A stretch of DNA of 27,122 bases, from IMG/VR virus record IMGVR_UViG_3300005662_000183, positions 1 through 27,122 of that record; one strand, given 5' to 3'. Below are positions 23,873 through 27,122 of the stretch, in pieces. The notes below the pieces were generated by a model that saw nothing but the letters and a program-made list of their open reading frames with translations, did not search any database and was not told the origin of the DNA. The number at the start of each line of letters is the position of its first letter. Positions within the stretch are counted from its first letter, which is position 1. A program made the position numbers and the translations under genes. The DNA comes from a virus (Duplodnaviria; Caudoviricetes).

Positions 23873-25419
23873 TGAGGATTTAACTTTAGCAACTCTTGGA
23901 TATAGCGGCTAGTAAATTCCCTTCTAATTTGATTTACCCTAGGCATTCTATGCAGTCGGTGCATACTATAGAGTTCTTTAACAGTTTCTTCTGAAACTCC
24001 CATATTCCTAATTCCTGCATAGCCTAACCACCCTTCGCCACCGTCCCCGTTTTTAGTCTCGATTCGATTCTGATGCATCTTTAACATTTCAAATGCCTCT
24101 TTTCTACTGAAATTCATGTTGTTAACCCAATATGTTTTATTTTCAGCGGGGAATGTGTAACCGTATTTTTCTGGATTTTTTTCAAAATGACTAGACCAAA
24201 TATTTTCGTACCCTGACACTGTATTCATAGTTAATGTGTGAATTTTAATATTATGTAACGGGTAATCCGGATGCTCGATTTCTTTGAGCCAATCCTCGGC
24301 GGTCTGTCGTGTTTCGTAAGGGAGCCCTAAAATAAACTGAGAATCAACAATAGCATCGGGCATTTTTTCTTTAATTTTAGTTAAAGTATGAAAAATTTTA
24401 TCTCTTGTTATGCCCTTACCTATAGCTTTTACCGATTCGTAGTTTAGTGATTCAATACCAAAACTTAATCCGCCGCACCCCATTTCACTTAGCAGTTCAA
24501 TAGATTCCGGGTGCGCATTTATTAAATCTAACCTCATAAATGCAGAGAAATTAACCTTAAACGGCAATTTTGAAAATACTGATTGATTAAGAATTTTTAA
24601 TTTGTCGACGCTGTCATTAAAGGTGTCGTCTAAGAACCAGTAACGGGTAGTCCCAAATCTTTCGTAGTTTTCTTCTAACTGGCGCCGTATGATTATTGGA
24701 TCTTTGAGATAGTCTAATTTTTTCCGCCCATTTAACGGGTACGCACAGAATGCGCAATTAAAAATACATCCCCTGGCAATTTCCATAGGCAAAGCTTCAC
24801 CTTGGCCAACCATGTCGTTATCATGCCAGGTAAATTTATGGTTGTTGTAATCAAATCTACTGGCCTTATGATCATGAGTGAGACTAATAGATCCGTCTGC
24901 GTTCTTAGTTACAGGTAAAAATGGATTTTTGCCTTGGCAGTACTTGGTCCACTCTAATACAGTAGTATCAGCATAACCCTCAATGAAACAATCAATGAAC
25001 GGCGGAACTCTGCCAGTTCTCCCTAGCGGAGCTCTAGCCCCACCTAAGACAAATTTACAGTTGGGGCTTCGAGCCCTTAAATGATTTTTAAGGTCATTTA
25101 ATTCTTCTGGTTCAAAAATATAAGTATTTTCAATTAATACATCGAGGTTATTATATATCGCCCCAATGGTAGATTTTGGTTGTTTAATTTTAGTAAGCCA
25201 AGTTGAACTAAATCCAACCCAAAGGGTGTCTTCATTTACAAAATGTTCTAAAACTTTTTTAACTACATCTAACCCCATATCGGCAATCCACGGCCAGCAA
25301 TCAATTACTTGAACTGTGTATCCTGCTTCTCTAAGTACGTTAGCTAACTGAAAAGCCCCAACTGGCCGCATGTGGGAAGTTGCAAATGTTATACCTGCAC
25401 ATATTACTATATTTGCCAT
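23869..25419 (-). CDS. B12-binding-domain radical SAM protein
   Basis: RGCIFNCAFC (CxxxCxxC), FLDDTF, SFGIES, FILGLPYET; N-terminal cobalamin-binding-like fold (GAFQLA..LREAGY.V.VID, VGFS, VLGGA). Confidence 0.88.
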   Translation of the reverse strand: MANIVICAGITFATSHMRPVGAFQLANVLREAGYTVQVIDCWPWIADMGLDVVKKVLEHFVNEDTLWVGFSSTWLTKIKQPKSTIGAIYNNLDVLIENTYIFEPEELNDLKNHLRARSPNCKFVLGGARAPLGRTGRVPPFIDCFIEGYADTTVLEWTKYCQGKNPFLPVTKNADGSISLTHDHKASRFDYNNHKFTWHDNDMVGQGEALPMEIARGCIFNCAFCAYPLNGRKKLDYLKDPIIIRRQLEENYERFGTTRYWFLDDTFNDSVDKLKILNQSVFSKLPFKVNFSAFMRLDLINAHPESIELLSEMGCGGLSFGIESLNYESVKAIGKGITRDKIFHTLTKIKEKMPDAIVDSQFILGLPYETRQTAEDWLKEIEHPDYPLHNIKIHTLTMNTVSGYENIWSSHFEKNPEKYGYTFPAENKTYWVNNMNFSRKEAFEMLKMHQNRIETKNGDGGEGWLGYAGIRNMGVSEETVKELYSMHRLHRMPRVNQIRREFTSRYIQELLKLNPQ

Positions 25420-25427
25420 ATTTTAGA

Positions 25428-25706
25428 TTAATGTTTGTCAAGATCTTGTAGATGTTTTAATCTTTCCGCGCAGGCTTTTACTTCTAACATTAATTCTTGT
25501 GCAACCTTGTGTGCTTTTTCAGAAGCTTGCACAGCAGACTCATATGCATCTCTTGCGGCTTCGACACTCTTTGCTCTAGCATCTGAAAGCTCTTTCTCAA
25601 GTCTTTCAATATCTGCCACAGCATAGTCTGCTCGCTTGTTAGCGTTTAAGAAAATACGTCTTAGTTTTTTAGCAGCCGCTTCTTCTAATTTTCTAATAAA
25701 ACTCAT
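25428..25706 (-). CDS. coiled-coil hypothetical protein (92 aa)
   Basis: Start MSFIRK at 25706, 2 nt after the o-spanin stop; Ala/Glu/Lys-rich helix. Confidence 0.65.
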   Translation of the reverse strand: MSFIRKLEEAAAKKLRRIFLNANKRADYAVADIERLEKELSDARAKSVEAARDAYESAVQASEKAHKVAQELMLEVKACAERLKHLQDLDKH

Positions 25707-25708
25707 AA

Positions 25709-25978
25709 TTATTTTCCGTCGTGGATTTTCTTCTGACCCTGATACCAAACAATCCAATCGTCAACTTTAGCCTTACATTCATAATAAGTGGCGTAGTTAT
25801 CACTAACAACTGTTATAATTTCGCTAAGTTTTTTAGTGTTAGGGTCGACATCTTTTAAATCAGGACATGCTTCTAGCAATTCTTTTGGAACGTCAGGCCA
25901 CATCTGTTTAACAGGGACAGGATCTTTGAGTAGACATCCTGTTAACAGTAACGGAGCTAGTAAAAATGCAATTTTCAT
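25709..25978 (-). CDS. o-spanin (Rz1-like outer membrane lipoprotein)
   Basis: Lipobox LLTGC, Pro-rich segment, two further Cys; ATGA overlap with the i-spanin. Confidence 0.82.
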   Translation of the reverse strand: MKIAFLLAPLLLTGCLLKDPVPVKQMWPDVPKELLEACPDLKDVDPNTKKLSEIITVVSDNYATYYECKAKVDDWIVWYQGQKKIHDGK

Positions 25979-26430
25979 TTTGCCTTCTCCGGATTTCTTG
26001 CAGATTTATTAAGAAGTTCTATAGCCTTGGGGTCAATCTCGCACTTAGCATCGATGAGCTTTTCTACTTCCTTAATTTCAGTTCTAATCCTATCTCTGTA
26101 TTCGATACGGATTTCTGCTTTCTTTTTACGTTCTTTTTCCAACTGCTCGTTTAACACTTGCGACTCTTGTGCTTTGCGATCAGCTTCTTCCTGTGCAATG
26201 CGGACTTTTTCTTCCCACATAGCTTGTACACCGCTTCCGCCGTACATGAACACACATGCCAGTGCAATAATGCCGCCCAGCGGCTTAATAAACAACATGT
26301 AAGGTTTTAGTGGCGGAAAGTGACTAAAAATACTGGCAAAAAAGAATGCCGTGATTCCAACACCTGCGCCAATTAACCAAACCCATGCAGGCATTGTACT
26401 AAGTACGGCATCCATTAACCATGAAAACAC
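25975..26430 (-). CDS. i-spanin (Rz-like inner membrane protein)
   Basis: N-terminal TM segments, coiled coil, C-terminal Cys; lies between the endolysin and the lipoprotein; GTG start with AGGAG SD. Confidence 0.78.
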   Translation of the reverse strand: MFSWLMDAVLSTMPAWVWLIGAGVGITAFFFASIFSHFPPLKPYMLFIKPLGGIIALACVFMYGGSGVQAMWEEKVRIAQEEADRKAQESQVLNEQLEKERKKKAEIRIEYRDRIRTEIKEVEKLIDAKCEIDPKAIELLNKSARNPEKAK

Positions 26431-26431
26431 G

Positions 26432-27061
26432 TTAATCTCCTAGAACGTGAAGTGCGTGATTATAATGCTTGATACGATCTTCTAGTCCGATAGTGCCGCC
26501 GTTAATACGTTTAGTCAATGTCAGGATGTCACCTGCATCGGCCCACTGATTAAGTTTGTTTTGCTCCCAGAAGAAACAACCTGATTGAATAGCACCTTCA
26601 AATGTTTCTAAGTATTCAGACGCTTCGTCTAATGGAATATCTAAGCTGGCAGCAAAGAATGTATAGTTATTTTTACCAGTCAACTGAATAAGTCCACGCC
26701 CGCAGAATTTCCAACCGTCACCTGATTCTTCTGGACCATTGCCCATACGATTAGCATAGACTCTGTTAGCAATCATTTGCGGCTTGTTGGCATAAGCGGC
26801 AGCAATAGCATCATCTGGAAAATATTTAGGAAATACCTTGCGTAGACTTGCAGCCTTATAGTTTAAATTCTCTTTTAAAAATTTAAATCCACCACTTTCA
26901 TGAGCACACTGCGCTAAGAATGCAGCCACCCGCGGTTTGGTAGTAATATCATACTCTGGTAAAATTTCACACAGTGCGTGATACCAATTATCAATATAGG
27001 GGTTTCCTTTGATAATTTCTGCAAGTTGTTGTTTAGTAAAATTGAAATCAAATCCTGACAT
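26432..27061 (-). CDS. glycoside hydrolase family 19 endolysin
   Basis: AAFLAQCAHESGG, ENLNY, GRGLIQLTGKNNY, TKRINGG..GL.DR. Confidence 0.93.
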   Translation of the reverse strand: MSGFDFNFTKQQLAEIIKGNPYIDNWYHALCEILPEYDITTKPRVAAFLAQCAHESGGFKFLKENLNYKAASLRKVFPKYFPDDAIAAAYANKPQMIANRVYANRMGNGPEESGDGWKFCGRGLIQLTGKNNYTFFAASLDIPLDEASEYLETFEGAIQSGCFFWEQNKLNQWADAGDILTLTKRINGGTIGLEDRIKHYNHALHVLGD

Positions 27062-27122
27062 TATACTTTCTCCAAAGCTACAGCATATCCGCTGTTTTCA
27101 AAAATAAATTTATCACCAACCT
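27061..27122 (-). CDS. 3' end of an upstream gene (partial)
   Basis: ...VGDKFIFENSGYAVALEKV* with TAATG overlap onto the endolysin start. Confidence 0.6.
   Translation of the reverse strand, partial: VGDKFIFENSGYAVALEKV

Noticed and set aside
498-25757. Track start sites at 1103, 3706, 4585, 10727, 17049 and 25757
   Set aside because: Downstream ATGs (1016, 3694, 4513, 10697, 17025, 25706) have better SD or coupling and avoid overlap with neighbouring genes or promoters.
3140-26302. All plus-strand ORFs in the track (e.g. 11569-11994, 12988-13503, 19366-19917, 22765-23262)
   Set aside because: They are antisense shadows of well-supported minus-strand genes, with no recognisable motifs.

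Overview
A 27 kb segment of a large, T4-superfamily-like (jumbo-type) dsDNA bacteriophage genome. Every credible gene is on the minus strand, tightly packed, and often translationally coupled. In transcription order (right to left) it holds five modules. (1) A lysis region: GH19 endolysin, i-/o-spanin pair, DUF4337-like protein, 3TM-type holin and a small secreted protein, interrupted by a B12-dependent radical SAM gene. (2) A DnaJ + ClpA chaperone operon under a perfect sigma70 promoter buried in a hairpin. (3) A cluster of about 8 kb of probable capsid-packaged proteins with T4-like capsid-targeting N-termini and many Glu cleavage-like sites, including a KxDG ligase-like protein, an HxGH nucleotidyltransferase, Dps and a LysM protein. 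(4) A DsbA-led operon carrying an accessory cassette: Bug/TctC solute-binding protein, a 56-aa ORF absent from the supplied track, a hypothetical protein and a PP-loop/asparagine-synthetase-like enzyme. (5) Replication and DNA-modification genes: family B DNA polymerase with twin identical-loop hairpins in its leader, UDP-sugar dehydrogenase, sliding clamp, a TGT/DpdA-like transglycosylase and a QueD-like protein. Spanins indicate a Gram-negative host, and Bug/TctC hints at a betaproteobacterium (inference). I saw no rRNA, tRNA, CRISPR array or mobile element. All calls come from reading motifs by eye; no searches were run.
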